From an uncultured Spirochaetota bacterium (GTDB taxonomy: Bacteria; Spirochaetota; Spirochaetia; SZUA-6; Fen-1364): a DNA stretch of 64,000 nt. The stretch is taken from NCBI GenBank assembly GCA_963845535.1, contig CAWJSK010000002.1, positions 32,001 to 96,000 on the forward strand, in the 5' to 3' direction. A program made the position numbers and the translations under genes. Positions 52,205-62,577 of this stretch are shown in pieces (position 1 is the stretch's first letter; the number at the start of each line of letters is the position of its first letter). The notes below the pieces were generated by a model. It saw nothing but the letters and a program-made list of their open reading frames with translations, searched no databases and was not told the DNA's origin.

Positions 52205-54886
52205 TCAAGATTTTGCGATTGCGCGCGGGGGGAGCGCCTGGGGGAGCGGGAACGCCTGCGGAACTTGCGGGCGTCCCTGTGAGACACCCTGGGGGAGCGC
52301 CCGCGCTCCCGGCGCCTGCGCCTCGTTGGCGCGGTAAAGAAGGGCTGCCGCGAGATACAGTCCCGCCACGCACAGGAGCACCACGGTGAATCCAGCGGAT
52401 ACGGAAATCACGCGCGTCAGGACGGACCCGGTCACGGAGAGGGCCCCGTTCATCCCCCACGCCCAGGGGAGTATCTCCTTTCGATTCCCGGACAGGGCAG
52501 AGAGTCCCGTGGGAAACGGCACGCCCATGCACAGCCCCAAGGGAGCTACGATGATCACGGCTGCCAGCGCCTTGACGAAAAGGGGCAGGCCAAGGAGAAG
52601 GCGCAGGAGGACGGGCAGGCCGATCAGGCAGGCGAGGATCAGGACGGCCAGGGCGCCGGTCGCGTAGCGCACGATCCGGATCCGTGGGACCTTCACCTTC
52701 GCGCTGAGGAGGCTCCCCGTTCCCGAGGAGATCAGGAGCGCCGTGATGACAACCGCGTTGGCGTAGACCGGGTCAGCCAGGAAGTACACGAACCGTTGAA
52801 TGAGGAATATCTCCGCCATCATGTACCCGAGCCCGAGGCATCCGTAGTACAGGATGATGGACAGAGTGCCTTTCTTCCCCGCAAAGAGCTCGCGCCGCCG
52901 CGCTATGAGCGGCAGGGCAATGATGACGAGCGCGAAAACGAGAGACTGCAGGAGCGTGCCGATCAGGAGGAGGTATCCCCATTCCTCCGAGACTCCTCCC
53001 AGCTTCTTGAGGAGGAGGGGTATGGTGCGCGGCTTGATGTAGCCGGAATAGTAGGGCCTGTCATCCGTGGCCGGGCGGATGTCGAAGAAATACCGGGAGA
53101 AAAGCTCATCCTGGCGGAAGTTGGCGAGCTCCTGGAGGCACAACCTGTAGAAGTCTCCCGACCTCAGGTTATCATCCGTTGCCTGCTGCGCTGGTGCCGC
53201 CCCGTTCCCCTCGGCCGCTTTGCTTTGCCCGCCGCCAGTTCCGCCGCCAGTCCCCCCGCCCGTTTCGTAAAGGCGGGCATATCCGGCGAGCATTCCCTCG
53301 AGAGCCTTCGGGGGGCTTTCCGGGATGCCGGGATAGTAGTCGACGTCAAAGGACATCCGCTGGCAGTATTCGTTCAGCGCCGCAATCTCCTGGGGCAGGA
53401 AATCCGACTTTTTCACAAGGACAGTGGCCGTTGACAAGAGGAGGTTGAAGGCGAATACCCGCTTCTGCGGGCTTTCGTCGTAATTTCCCCGGATGGCTTC
53501 CGCAATGGAAGCGAGGAGCTTCGGGACGTTGCGCGGCGGGCTCAGCCGGTCCCAGACGGTGATAGAAAGGATCCCGTCCGGGGCAAGGCATTTCAGATAG
53601 TCGCGGATGGCCTCCGCGGTGTAGAGGTAGTTCTCCTCCACCGAATAGCCGCCGGCCTGGGAAAGCCCAACGGAGTCCACGAGGCCAATCTCCACCAGGT
53701 CGAACTTCTCCCGGGTGGTGCCGGCGTAAGCGCGCGGCTCGGTGTTGATGATCTTCACGCGCGCGTCCTGGAGCACCCCGCCGGTGTACGTGCGGAAGAA
53801 AGGCACGTCCCTCAGCATGTGGATCAGGCCCGGATCCGGCTCCACGACCCTGATATCGCTTGCCCCATTGTGGATTGCGGTATGGACCCCGGCGCCCCCG
53901 CCGAGCCGGAGGATCAGCACTTTCGGCTTGTCCAGCAGGAGATACGGGGCCGACATGGGGAGGAAGTCCAGGTAGCGGTCCTCCCCTGGGCCGAGCTTCC
54001 GCATGATCCCCACCGGCCCGTTGCCGTCCGTGAACAGGCCGAGGAACGCGTTCTGCGGCATTGGGCCCATGGCAAAGCTCGCCGTGTCACTCAGCCCGGG
54101 GGCAAAATGGAAATACGAGCTGGAGAAGACCCTCATTTCCCCGCGGGGGCTCGCGGCCCTGTAGACTTCCGTGACGTCAGGGTATTTGAGGGCATAGCTG
54201 ATGGGCTTGAAGTCAGACACGGAAAGCTCCCCATATCGTCCAACCAGGAGGAAGCACATCGCGGTGAGGAGGCCGTAGATCATTGCCTCCTGGGACCTGA
54301 GGCGGAACCTGCTCTCCACGGGAGACCACCAGATGCAGCACAGGAGCGCGGGGACGACGCTGAGCCCGACCAAGGGATAGATGAGGGAACCCGGGGGTAT
54401 GACGAACATCAGTCCCAGGATGAAAAGCCCTCCCAGCCCGGACCCGACCATGTTCCAGAAATACAGCTTGTGGATCTGGCTCGCCAGCGCGATGAAAGCC
54501 GCCCCTATGAAAAGCCCTCCCGCGAAGAAAGGGACCGCGTAGATGACGTAGTATGCGCCGATCCACGCGAGCTGTGTCGGGTCCGAGGTGATGAGCACCG
54601 GGTTGAACGGGATGCGCTGGGCGAGCACGTGAGCCACCGCCATGGAAGGCCCCAGCGCGAAGGCGGAGGAAATGAGCCACAGATCGGGGTGACGGCGCAC
54701 GCGCTCCGAGAGGAACGTGAGCAGGGTCCCGGCCAGACCGAACCCGAGGAGGGCAATGCTGATCACCATGGAGCCGAAGTTCGACCAGCTAGCGACGGAG
54801 AACACCCGCATGACCTCGATCTCGAAAGCAAGCACGCACACGGAGACGAAGAACAGCGCCGCAAGCCGCAGGTGGGAAAGTTTCAT
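52205..54886 (-). CDS. Membrane-embedded spermidine-synthase-like (SAM-dependent) protein
   Basis: TM blocks at both ends flanking ILRLGGGAG, VVEPDP and ENYLYTAEA; WAWGMNGALSV. Confidence 0.8.
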   Translation of the reverse strand: MKLSHLRLAALFFVSVCVLAFEIEVMRVFSVASWSNFGSMVISIALLGFGLAGTLLTFLSERVRRHPDLWLISSAFALGPSMAVAHVLAQRIPFNPVLITSDPTQLAWIGAYYVIYAVPFFAGGLFIGAAFIALASQIHKLYFWNMVGSGLGGLFILGLMFVIPPGSLIYPLVGLSVVPALLCCIWWSPVESRFRLRSQEAMIYGLLTAMCFLLVGRYGELSVSDFKPISYALKYPDVTEVYRAASPRGEMRVFSSSYFHFAPGLSDTASFAMGPMPQNAFLGLFTDGNGPVGIMRKLGPGEDRYLDFLPMSAPYLLLDKPKVLILRLGGGAGVHTAIHNGASDIRVVEPDPGLIHMLRDVPFFRTYTGGVLQDARVKIINTEPRAYAGTTREKFDLVEIGLVDSVGLSQAGGYSVEENYLYTAEAIRDYLKCLAPDGILSITVWDRLSPPRNVPKLLASIAEAIRGNYDESPQKRVFAFNLLLSTATVLVKKSDFLPQEIAALNEYCQRMSFDVDYYPGIPESPPKALEGMLAGYARLYETGGGTGGGTGGGQSKAAEGNGAAPAQQATDDNLRSGDFYRLCLQELANFRQDELFSRYFFDIRPATDDRPYYSGYIKPRTIPLLLKKLGGVSEEWGYLLLIGTLLQSLVFALVIIALPLIARRRELFAGKKGTLSIILYYGCLGLGYMMAEIFLIQRFVYFLADPVYANAVVITALLISSGTGSLLSAKVKVPRIRIVRYATGALAVLILACLIGLPVLLRLLLGLPLFVKALAAVIIVAPLGLCMGVPFPTGLSALSGNRKEILPWAWGMNGALSVTGSVLTRVISVSAGFTVVLLCVAGLYLAAALLYRANEAQAPGARALPQGVSQGRPQVPQAFPLPQALPPRAIAKS

Positions 54887-54902
54887 TTCAGCGCTTCATC
54901 CC

Positions 54903-55925
54903 TCATTTGGTGTGCAGACCGCTCCTGCTCGTGAAGGGCACGAAGATGATGGTTCCGCCGTGGTAGATGTCCTCACGCTCCAGGCGCACGCTCCCGTCCG
55001 GCAGCACGTGCTTGATGATCCGAAGTATCGTCTGGCCCGAAGGCGGTCCGACAGGGATCACCATGATTCCTTCGGGGGCCAGCTCGCGCAGCAGCTCGGG
55101 AGGGATATGGTCAATTCCGCATGTGACGATGATCCGGTCAAACGGCGCATACTGCTGCCATCCGAAGTATCCGTCATCGATCTTTCGCTTCACGTTGCGG
55201 TACTCAGGGAACCTGTCCCAGAGGCTCCGGTAGATCCGGTCAGTTTCCCGCGCCAGGGCTTCCACGATCTCCACGGAAAAAACGTGGCTGGAAAGCTCGG
55301 AAAGCAACGCGGATTGGTAGCCCGAGCCCGTCCCCACCTCGAGCACGCTTTGGTTGGGCTGCGGATTGAGGGCGTCAGTCATCCGTGCCACGAGATAGGG
55401 CCCTGAGATGGTCTGCCCGTACCCGATGGGCATCGCCGCGTTTTCATACGCCCTCTGAGGGGTCCTGCAGAACTCTTCCCGCGGAGTGAGGAGGAATCCC
55501 TCGAGGACCCGGGTGCTGTGGATCTGCCCAAGGGCAACAATCTCCTGCCCGCAGTCCCATCTGGCGGAAAGGAACGTGTCCGGCTGGTTCGTATGGGTCT
55601 TCATCCATTCCAGGTACGTGGCCCGATCAGTAATGGGGGGATGAAGATTGCGCCTGGCGATGTCCACCGCGGGCCTCTCGTTTGCAAGGACGGTGGCCTG
55701 CGCGAACCGCACCGCTTCGGCCGGCTTCGCTTGCGAAACCGCGGGAGCGCCTTGCGCGGAGGCCGCACTCGGCGCTGGGGCCGCAGCGGGGGCCGGCGGC
55801 GCGGCGGCGTTTGGCGCGGCGGCAGCCTGCCCCCGGCTACTTGGCGGCTGGTCATTCGAGGCATGCCGCGCGAGGGGGATATCGATTGCCGCGAAGAGGA
55901 CAAGAGAAAGGAGCGCCACGGTCAT
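54903..55925 (-). CDS. pcm: Protein-L-isoaspartate O-methyltransferase-like protein with N-terminal hydrophobic and Pro/Ala-rich extension
   Basis: PIGYGQTIS, VLEVGTGSGYQ, APFDRIIVT, MVIPVG, FVPF. Start may lie further upstream. Confidence 0.85.
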   Translation of the reverse strand: MTVALLSLVLFAAIDIPLARHASNDQPPSSRGQAAAAPNAAAPPAPAAAPAPSAASAQGAPAVSQAKPAEAVRFAQATVLANERPAVDIARRNLHPPITDRATYLEWMKTHTNQPDTFLSARWDCGQEIVALGQIHSTRVLEGFLLTPREEFCRTPQRAYENAAMPIGYGQTISGPYLVARMTDALNPQPNQSVLEVGTGSGYQSALLSELSSHVFSVEIVEALARETDRIYRSLWDRFPEYRNVKRKIDDGYFGWQQYAPFDRIIVTCGIDHIPPELLRELAPEGIMVIPVGPPSGQTILRIIKHVLPDGSVRLEREDIYHGGTIIFVPFTSRSGLHTK

Positions 55926-56200
55926 TGAATACAGGATCGGAATCCACGAGACCGGGGAGTACCTGCGGGTGCGTGAGAGGTCTCTCAGGGGGTCGTACCC
56001 GCATGCCCCGCAGACCTGCCAGGGGGCCAGATCGAATCCGCATTCGGGGCAGATCTTGTCAGGAGGGAGCCGGATCCTCCCGCGGATCGGTCCCAGTGGC
56101 CTTTGTAGCGTGGCTTTCCTCCATAGAGATTGTAGTTCGCGCGCGCGCCCGAGTCCATGTCTCTTGCGCGTTACGCGGAATCCCGTCAGGATGTCCAGCC

Positions 56201-57100
56201 GTGCTGCAATCAACCGTTGTCCGATACCTCGCCATTGTCCTTGGGACGGTGCTATGGGACGTGGGGGCCATATTGCAAAAGCGCGCCGTCGGGCGGATGC
56301 CCGTGGGGAGGCTCCCTATCCGGACACTCCTGGGGTCCGGGGGTTGGATGCTCGGGATGCTGGTCACCGCGGCCGGGTGGGGCATGTTTGTTTTCGGCCT
56401 TGACCAGGTGCCGATATCCGCGGCGCGCATGGTCACGGCGGGCAGTTACGTCATCCTGGCTGTATTCTCAACGGTATTTCTACGCACGCCTCTTTCCGTG
56501 TGGGAGTGGGCGGCGCTTGCCTGCGTGACCATCGGGATCCTCCTGCTGGGCTTGCAGGAGAGTCCCGCGGACGCCCCTGTGATCCCTCCCACCATCAGGG
56601 TGATCCTCGGCGCGGCATGCATCACCGTCCTTTCCCTGATTGTCTTTTTTGTCCCGCGATTCCTCAAAGGCTTGTCACGGGGAACCGCCGTGGCTCTTTT
56701 CGCCTTTTCAGCGCTGTCCGGCCTTCTGGGAAGCGTCGGGGACCTGCTGACGAAAGTGTTCCTGGCGCTCGCGCAGGCGCAGCCTGTCCCTGTGCCGTCA
56801 CTCATCCTCGCCGCGGCAGGCTTCATCGCTTTCTATCTGACCGGATTCTACATGCTGTCCCGCGCCTACCAGTCAGGGACCGTTGTCGGTGGAGTGGTGG
56901 TCTCTGATTTCTTCGGCAGAGTCGGTGTCCTGTTCCTTGGCTCGCTGGTGCTTTCTGAGCCGATCGGGGGGCCGGCCGGGGGCGGGCTGCAGCGAGCCGT
57001 TGGCTTCCTCCTAGTGCTCGGCGGGTCGCTCCTCCTGGGGCGGTTTGCGGCAGCTTCTGAGGGCCGCAAACCAGCCCAGGCCAAGCGAACAGGCTCTTAG
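56201..57100 (+). CDS. DMT/EamA (NIPA-like) membrane transporter
   Basis: GAILQKRA, about 9 hydrophobic helices, LSRAYQSG; start uncertain. Confidence 0.7.
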   Translation: MLQSTVVRYLAIVLGTVLWDVGAILQKRAVGRMPVGRLPIRTLLGSGGWMLGMLVTAAGWGMFVFGLDQVPISAARMVTAGSYVILAVFSTVFLRTPLSVWEWAALACVTIGILLLGLQESPADAPVIPPTIRVILGAACITVLSLIVFFVPRFLKGLSRGTAVALFAFSALSGLLGSVGDLLTKVFLALAQAQPVPVPSLILAAAGFIAFYLTGFYMLSRAYQSGTVVGGVVVSDFFGRVGVLFLGSLVLSEPIGGPAGGGLQRAVGFLLVLGGSLLLGRFAAASEGRKPAQAKRTGS

Positions 57101-57804
57101 CGGGACGCCTTGAAGCCTGGTGAAACCATCTTCTCATCCACCATGACGGGCACGTCAGGTCCGGGGAACTCGTACTTGCCAACCACTCCCGCGTCCGTAT
57201 GGAGCATGGCAAAGAGGATGGGAGTGGCCTTGGCGGCGTTGATCTTGACCTTGAGCATCCTGGTCAGCCCGTCCTTCACTTCCGCGTACCCGATCACCGG
57301 GCCGGGCGCGCCTTTCGAGTCTGCATGAATGACGAGCCAGCCCGGACCATTGCTCAGGACTTCATCCATCACGACCGTCGACGCCTTGATCGTCTGGTTT
57401 TTAACGACGACCCTGGCATCCAGATCGCTTACCATGAAGGATGGGTTGACCATCTCCCCGTTCAGCATGACGGGGAGATCGGGGCCGGGGAACTCGTACG
57501 TGCCGACCTTGCCGGCGTCCGTGTGAAGCATGGCGAACAGTTTCGGAGTTGCCGTGTAGGAATCAATTTTCACGATCACGTCCTTGTTTTCACCATCTTT
57601 CACCGCCGCGTATCCGACCACGCCTCCCGGTCCCCCGCCTTCTTCCTTGTGGATCACGATCCATCCCGGACCGTCACTAACCACCTGGGCGATGGTGACG
57701 GTGTCGTCCTTGTCGGGCTGGTTGGAAACTATGACGGCCGGCGTGCCCCACGCGGAGGCGGAAACCAGGAGCGGAAACAGAAGCACCATGAGCGGAGCTT
57801 TCAT
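57097..57804 (-). CDS. Exported protein with two tandem homologous domains
   Basis: Signal peptide; two copies of GPGW.VIH...PG.V.GY...LFAMLHTDAG.VG.YEFPGPD.PV. Confidence 0.8.
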   Translation of the reverse strand: MKAPLMVLLFPLLVSASAWGTPAVIVSNQPDKDDTVTIAQVVSDGPGWIVIHKEEGGGPGGVVGYAAVKDGENKDVIVKIDSYTATPKLFAMLHTDAGKVGTYEFPGPDLPVMLNGEMVNPSFMVSDLDARVVVKNQTIKASTVVMDEVLSNGPGWLVIHADSKGAPGPVIGYAEVKDGLTRMLKVKINAAKATPILFAMLHTDAGVVGKYEFPGPDVPVMVDEKMVSPGFKASR

Positions 57805-57883
57805 ACACACCTCTTTCGCGGTCCGGGCTTTCTCTGCCGGACCGCACCGGTGTATACGCAGCCACGGCACGCCTGGATGGAGG

Positions 57884-58588
57884 CTACAGGCCGCCGCTCA
57901 AGACCGGCGCGCCGCGCGGTGACACGCTGCCTTCCGCCGGCTCCACTGAGACGCTGAAAGCCTGAAAGCCCTTGAATCCTCCGGGAGCTTTGACGAGGAG
58001 AGACCCATATCCGTCGTCGTCCACCGTGAAAAGCCCGCCGCTCTTGGCCTCACCATCTTTCTTCAGCCACAGTTGGTAGCGCGAATCAGGGCTGAGCCTT
58101 GGGAGGCCCCGGACGGCCAGGACCCCCTCGCTATCTTCCATGTCGACAACGATCGTCCCGTACGCGCCGTCATGCCGGCTTGTTCCCGTGAGGGCCACCG
58201 TCACGAGACCCCGCGATTGAGCCTCGAAACGAGGGGAGTGAACCCACTGAACGACGTTTGCCGCGGCGAGCAAGAGGATCAACGCGCCGGCTGCCATGGC
58301 AAAGCCGGGGTGCCACGTCCGTGCGGGCCTTGTGGTTCTTCGGGCGCCCATGAGCGAAGCTTCCCGTATGATCCTTTCCTCCACGTTCGGTCTCGGCGCC
58401 GACGGCGGAGACGATGCTTGCGCAGCGCCCAGCGCAACCTGGTCCGTGACCCGCAGAAAGCCTGCCAGCTCCCGACGACATGCCCTGCATCCGGGAAGGT
58501 GCGCCTGTACCAGGGCAGAATCATCCGGGTCAAGGGCGTCAAGGGCGTACGCGGCAAGCAAGCCCTTGATCTCCTCATGGTCACTCAT
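57884..58588 (-). CDS. RskA-type anti-sigma factor
   Basis: LLAAYALDAL, HLPGCRAC zinc motif, TM helix, YQLWL, SVEPAEGSVSP. Confidence 0.88.
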   Translation of the reverse strand: MSDHEEIKGLLAAYALDALDPDDSALVQAHLPGCRACRRELAGFLRVTDQVALGAAQASSPPSAPRPNVEERIIREASLMGARRTTRPARTWHPGFAMAAGALILLLAAANVVQWVHSPRFEAQSRGLVTVALTGTSRHDGAYGTIVVDMEDSEGVLAVRGLPRLSPDSRYQLWLKKDGEAKSGGLFTVDDDGYGSLLVKAPGGFKGFQAFSVSVEPAEGSVSPRGAPVLSGGL

Positions 58589-58644
58589 CGTGCGCAGCGC
58601 CTCCTCCCCCATGCATACAAATACGCAGAAAAGCCCTCGAAGGA

Positions 58645-59221
58645 TTACCACTCATCCGCATCGTCCTTCAAGAGTTCCCGAAGGCTGAGCATCGCCGATC
58701 TGATCCTGGATTTGACCGTGCCCAGGGGCTCTCCCGTGGCGGCGGCAATCTGGCGATGCGTCTCTCCCTGGAAGAATGCGCGGGACAACGTCTCTCTTTG
58801 TTCCCGGGGAAGGGAAAGGATTGCGCGGGAAACTCGCGTGCGAAGCTCATCCGTTTCCACAGGGGCTGGCCGGGTCAGGGAGAGCGCTCACGGCCGCGCT
58901 CCTCATTTCCTCCCAGACGTCCCGCGCGCGCGCCTCATGCGAGCCGCGTCGGCGAAGCAGATCGATGGCCCGGTTGCGGGCAATCCGCGCGAGCCACGTG
59001 CGAACCTGCGCCTTCTCGCTCCGGTAGGTGTCGGCTTTTTCCCAGGCGCGAAGGAACACGTCCTGGCAGATCTCCTCCGCGGCTTCGTTGTCCAGGAGGA
59101 TCCGCCAGGCAAGCCCGTAGACCAGTCTTGCGTGCCGCGCGTACAGCGCCCGCAGCGCGCGCGTGTCACCGCGGGCCATGCGGCGGATCAGCTCGGTGTC
59201 GTCCGGCGCCTCGTCAGGCAT
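58645..59221 (-). CDS. ECF sigma factor (SigK-like), frameshift near 58860
   Basis: AEEICQDVFLRAW, WLARIARNRAID, GEPLGTVKSRIR. Confidence 0.88.
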
Positions 59222-59322
59222 GATGCGAATATAGTCACTCACCGACCCGGCGCACAGCCACGGGTGCACCCCGTTGACGCAATCAGGTTTCACGTTGAAA
59301 TTAGTCACATCGATGGAGAAAG

Positions 59323-62067
59323 ATGGAGAAAAGCGAAAAGCTCGGTCCTGAAATACACTTCCTCGGAAGGCTTCTGGGCGGGGTGATCCGCGAGCAGGCG
59401 GGTCTCTCCCTCTACGAGCTGGAGGAGGAGATCCGCCTCGGAGCGCGCGCGCGCAGGGAGGGCAAGCCCGGCGCGGAGAGCGCCCTGCTTTCCCGCGTGA
59501 GCTCCATCACGGCGGAGCAGGCGCGTCTGGTGGTGCGGGCGTTCACCGTGTTTTTCGACCTGGCCAATCTCGCGGAAGACAGGGAGCGCGTGCGCGTTCT
59601 TCGCGACAGGGAACGCCGAAGGCACCCTGAGCCCCGCAGCGAGTCCATGGAGGAAGCGGTCCTGATCATGCGCAGGGCTGATTTCTCCCCCGAGCAGGCG
59701 CAGGCCCTGATCGACCTCCTGGCCATCGAGCTGGTCTTCACGGCGCACCCCACGGAGGCCAAGCGCCGCTCGGTGCGGGGCCTCGTGCGGCGCATGCGCC
59801 GGGCGCTCGAGCAGATGGACGATGAAGGGCTTCTTCCCCGCGACAGGGACCGTCTGGTCACCTTGCTGCGCTCATCCCTCACGAGCCTCTGGCAGACTGA
59901 GCTCGTGAGGCCTCGCCGGCCAAGCGTGGCGGAGGAGGTCGACGTGGGGCTTTCCTTCGCCTCCACCCTGTGGGAGGTGGTCCCCCTGATCTACCGGGAC
60001 CTGCACGGGGCGCTGCAGAGGAGCTACCCGGAGTTCCCCTTTCATATTCCGCCGTTCCTGCGCTTCGGGTCATGGATCGGCGGCGACCGCGACGGGAATC
60101 CGAACGTGACCGCGGAGGTGACCGCGCACACGCTCATGAGGATGCGAAGGGCCGCTGCGGAGGCCCACCTGGGGCAGTGTCGAAGGCTCTTCGACGTGCT
60201 GACCAGCTCGAGCCTGGAGACTCCCGTCAGCAAGGAAATCCGTGCCGCTCTGGACGGGCGCGTCCGCCGGCATCCCGAGCTGGGCCCGCTCCTTGATCCC
60301 ATTTCCGAGCACGAGATCTATCGCCGCTTTCTCAAAACCATCGAATGGCGCCTGGAGCGCACGCGGGAAGCGGGAGACCTCACTCAGGCGCCCGCAGGGG
60401 CCTACGGCCGCACGGCGGAGTTTGCCGCGGACCTCGAGCTCATCAGGGAAAGCCTCAGCGCGAACGGAGGGCAGCGGATCATCGACGGGGAGCTGCAGGA
60501 CTGGCTGTGGCAGGCCTCGGTGTTCGGCCTGCATATCGCGCGGCTGGACGTTCGCCAGGAGTCGGCGTGGAACAAGCGCGTCGTGGCAGAGCTGCTGGCC
60601 TCCGCGGGGATCACCGCGGAGTATGCCTCGCTCCCCGAGGAGGAAAAGCGCGAGGTCCTTCACGCCTCCTTGTCCCACGCCGGGCCCGTCGAGACGGCGG
60701 GGTTGAGCGCCGAGGCGCGGGAGACGACGCGCCTTTTTTCGATGCTTGCCCTTGCGTCGGCGACCATCGGCGCGGAGGCCCTCGGCGGGTACATCATCAG
60801 CATGACCCACGCGCTGAGCGACGTCCTTGCGGTCCTCTGGCTTCTCACGTGCCGCTCGCTGTGCGCGCGGGCGGGGGAGCGGGGGCTCGTCATGGACATC
60901 ATCCCGCTCTTCGAGACGATCAGGGACCTCGAGGGCGCGCCGCATATCCTCACGGAAATGCTGGATGACCCGGCGTATCGCGAGCACCTCTCCCGGCGGG
61001 GCGATGTCCAGACCGTCATGATCGGGTATTCCGACAGCACGAAGGACGGCGGCTACCTTGCCGCCTGCTGGGCGTTGTACGAGGCGCAGAGCACGCTCCA
61101 TGCGGTGGCACAAAGCCGCGGGGTCCGCGTCATTTTTTTCCATGGCAGGGGAGGCTCGCTCGGGCGAGGGGGCGGCCCCGCGGCCCGGAGCATCCTTTCT
61201 CTCCCGCGGGAGTCCCTGACCGCGGGGCTGCGCATGACCGAGCAGGGGGAAGTCCTGGCGGACCGCTACGACGACCCGCGGATCGCCGGACGGCACCTGG
61301 AGCAGGTGGTGTGGGCCACGCTCATGACCTCCACGCAGCCGCTCTCTCCCCCCCGGCCGGCGTGGCGCGAGGCAATGGCGGAGCTGTCCACGGCTTCTCT
61401 CAAGCATTACCGCGCGCTCATCGACGAGCCTGGATTCCTTGCCTACTTCGAGCAATCCACGCCCATCGGGGAAATCGAGTCGCTCCCCATTGCTTCGCGG
61501 CCCGCGCACCGCTCCGGCGGACGGTCCCTGGCGGACTTGCGCTCCATCCCCTGGGTGTTCGCGTGGACCCAGAGCCGCTGCCTCATCCCGGCGTGGTACG
61601 GCATCGGCGCCGCATTCTCTTCCTTCGCCGACCGGCACAAGGACGGCTGGGGGATGCTGCGTGAGATGTACGGCGCCTGGTCGTTCTTTCGCGCTACAAT
61701 CGACAACGCGGCCCTCGCTCTCGCGAAGGCAGACCTGGGGATCGCGCGCCTTTACGCGGAGCTGGCGGAGGACTCGGGCGTCAGAGAGCGGATCTGGCAG
61801 CGCATTGCCCAGGAGTACTCCCTGGCCCGGGAAGCAGTGCTTCGAGCGCAAGGACAGGCCGAGCTTCTGGAAGAGATCCCCTGGCTGAAGAGATCGATCA
61901 CGGTCAGGAACCCGAATACGGACCCTCTCAACATGATCCAGGTGGAGTGGCTGAAAAGGCTTCGCGATTGCGAGAAAAGCGGGGATGCGGAGCGCGTGGC
62001 CGCATCCCGCGACCTGCTTCGACTCACGATTGAGGGGGTCGCAACGGGCATGCGCACTACCGGCTGA
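59323..62067 (+). CDS. ppc: Phosphoenolpyruvate carboxylase
   Basis: VFTAHPTE, SWIGGDRDGNP, VMIGYSDSTKDGG, FHGRGGSLGRGG, LRSIPWVFAWTQ, GMRTTG. Confidence 0.97.
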   Translation: MEKSEKLGPEIHFLGRLLGGVIREQAGLSLYELEEEIRLGARARREGKPGAESALLSRVSSITAEQARLVVRAFTVFFDLANLAEDRERVRVLRDRERRRHPEPRSESMEEAVLIMRRADFSPEQAQALIDLLAIELVFTAHPTEAKRRSVRGLVRRMRRALEQMDDEGLLPRDRDRLVTLLRSSLTSLWQTELVRPRRPSVAEEVDVGLSFASTLWEVVPLIYRDLHGALQRSYPEFPFHIPPFLRFGSWIGGDRDGNPNVTAEVTAHTLMRMRRAAAEAHLGQCRRLFDVLTSSSLETPVSKEIRAALDGRVRRHPELGPLLDPISEHEIYRRFLKTIEWRLERTREAGDLTQAPAGAYGRTAEFAADLELIRESLSANGGQRIIDGELQDWLWQASVFGLHIARLDVRQESAWNKRVVAELLASAGITAEYASLPEEEKREVLHASLSHAGPVETAGLSAEARETTRLFSMLALASATIGAEALGGYIISMTHALSDVLAVLWLLTCRSLCARAGERGLVMDIIPLFETIRDLEGAPHILTEMLDDPAYREHLSRRGDVQTVMIGYSDSTKDGGYLAACWALYEAQSTLHAVAQSRGVRVIFFHGRGGSLGRGGGPAARSILSLPRESLTAGLRMTEQGEVLADRYDDPRIAGRHLEQVVWATLMTSTQPLSPPRPAWREAMAELSTASLKHYRALIDEPGFLAYFEQSTPIGEIESLPIASRPAHRSGGRSLADLRSIPWVFAWTQSRCLIPAWYGIGAAFSSFADRHKDGWGMLREMYGAWSFFRATIDNAALALAKADLGIARLYAELAEDSGVRERIWQRIAQEYSLAREAVLRAQGQAELLEEIPWLKRSITVRNPNTDPLNMIQVEWLKRLRDCEKSGDAERVAASRDLLRLTIEGVATGMRTTG

Positions 62068-62145
62068 CGTGCGCGGGCCGGGCCCCAAATCGCCGTTTGC
62101 TAAACCCCAACTTCGGTGGTAAATTCTCTCTTGAGGCGTACAACC

Positions 62146-62547
62146 ATGGCGATAGAACCAGTTTCTTCTTTCAACGCGGGCTCTACGCTGAGCAGGCGCC
62201 CTGACCCGGTACCTGACGCGCCAGAAGCCCTGGAACAGCAGAACGACGCCACGAGAATTGCGGAGGCTGACCGCGGGGCAAGCCCGCAGTACGTCAGCGC
62301 GCCGCGGCAAACCAATGCCGCGCCCGCCGGCGGCGGAGGCGTTGACGCCGGCGCGGCCGTCAATGATCCCGAAGGCTCCATCCAGAGGGCCCAGACGCTG
62401 ATCCAGAGCGTGAACGCCAACGGCGCGCCCTCGGAAGCCGAGACCCGCCGGGCCGCGGAGGCGTACCAGACGGCCTCAGCGGCCCAAAACCAGATCGCGC
62501 AGACCCAGCAGGCCGAAGGCGCGCAGTCCCTGGACGTCCTGGCCTGA
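62146..62547 (+). CDS. Hypothetical protein resembling the SprA-related C-terminal region
   Basis: DPEGSIQRAQTL...APSEAETRRAAEA. Confidence 0.5.
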   Translation: MAIEPVSSFNAGSTLSRRPDPVPDAPEALEQQNDATRIAEADRGASPQYVSAPRQTNAAPAGGGGVDAGAAVNDPEGSIQRAQTLIQSVNANGAPSEAETRRAAEAYQTASAAQNQIAQTQQAEGAQSLDVLA

Positions 62548-62577
62548 GAAGCAGCCGCCGGCTTCTGAAAGAGGGAA

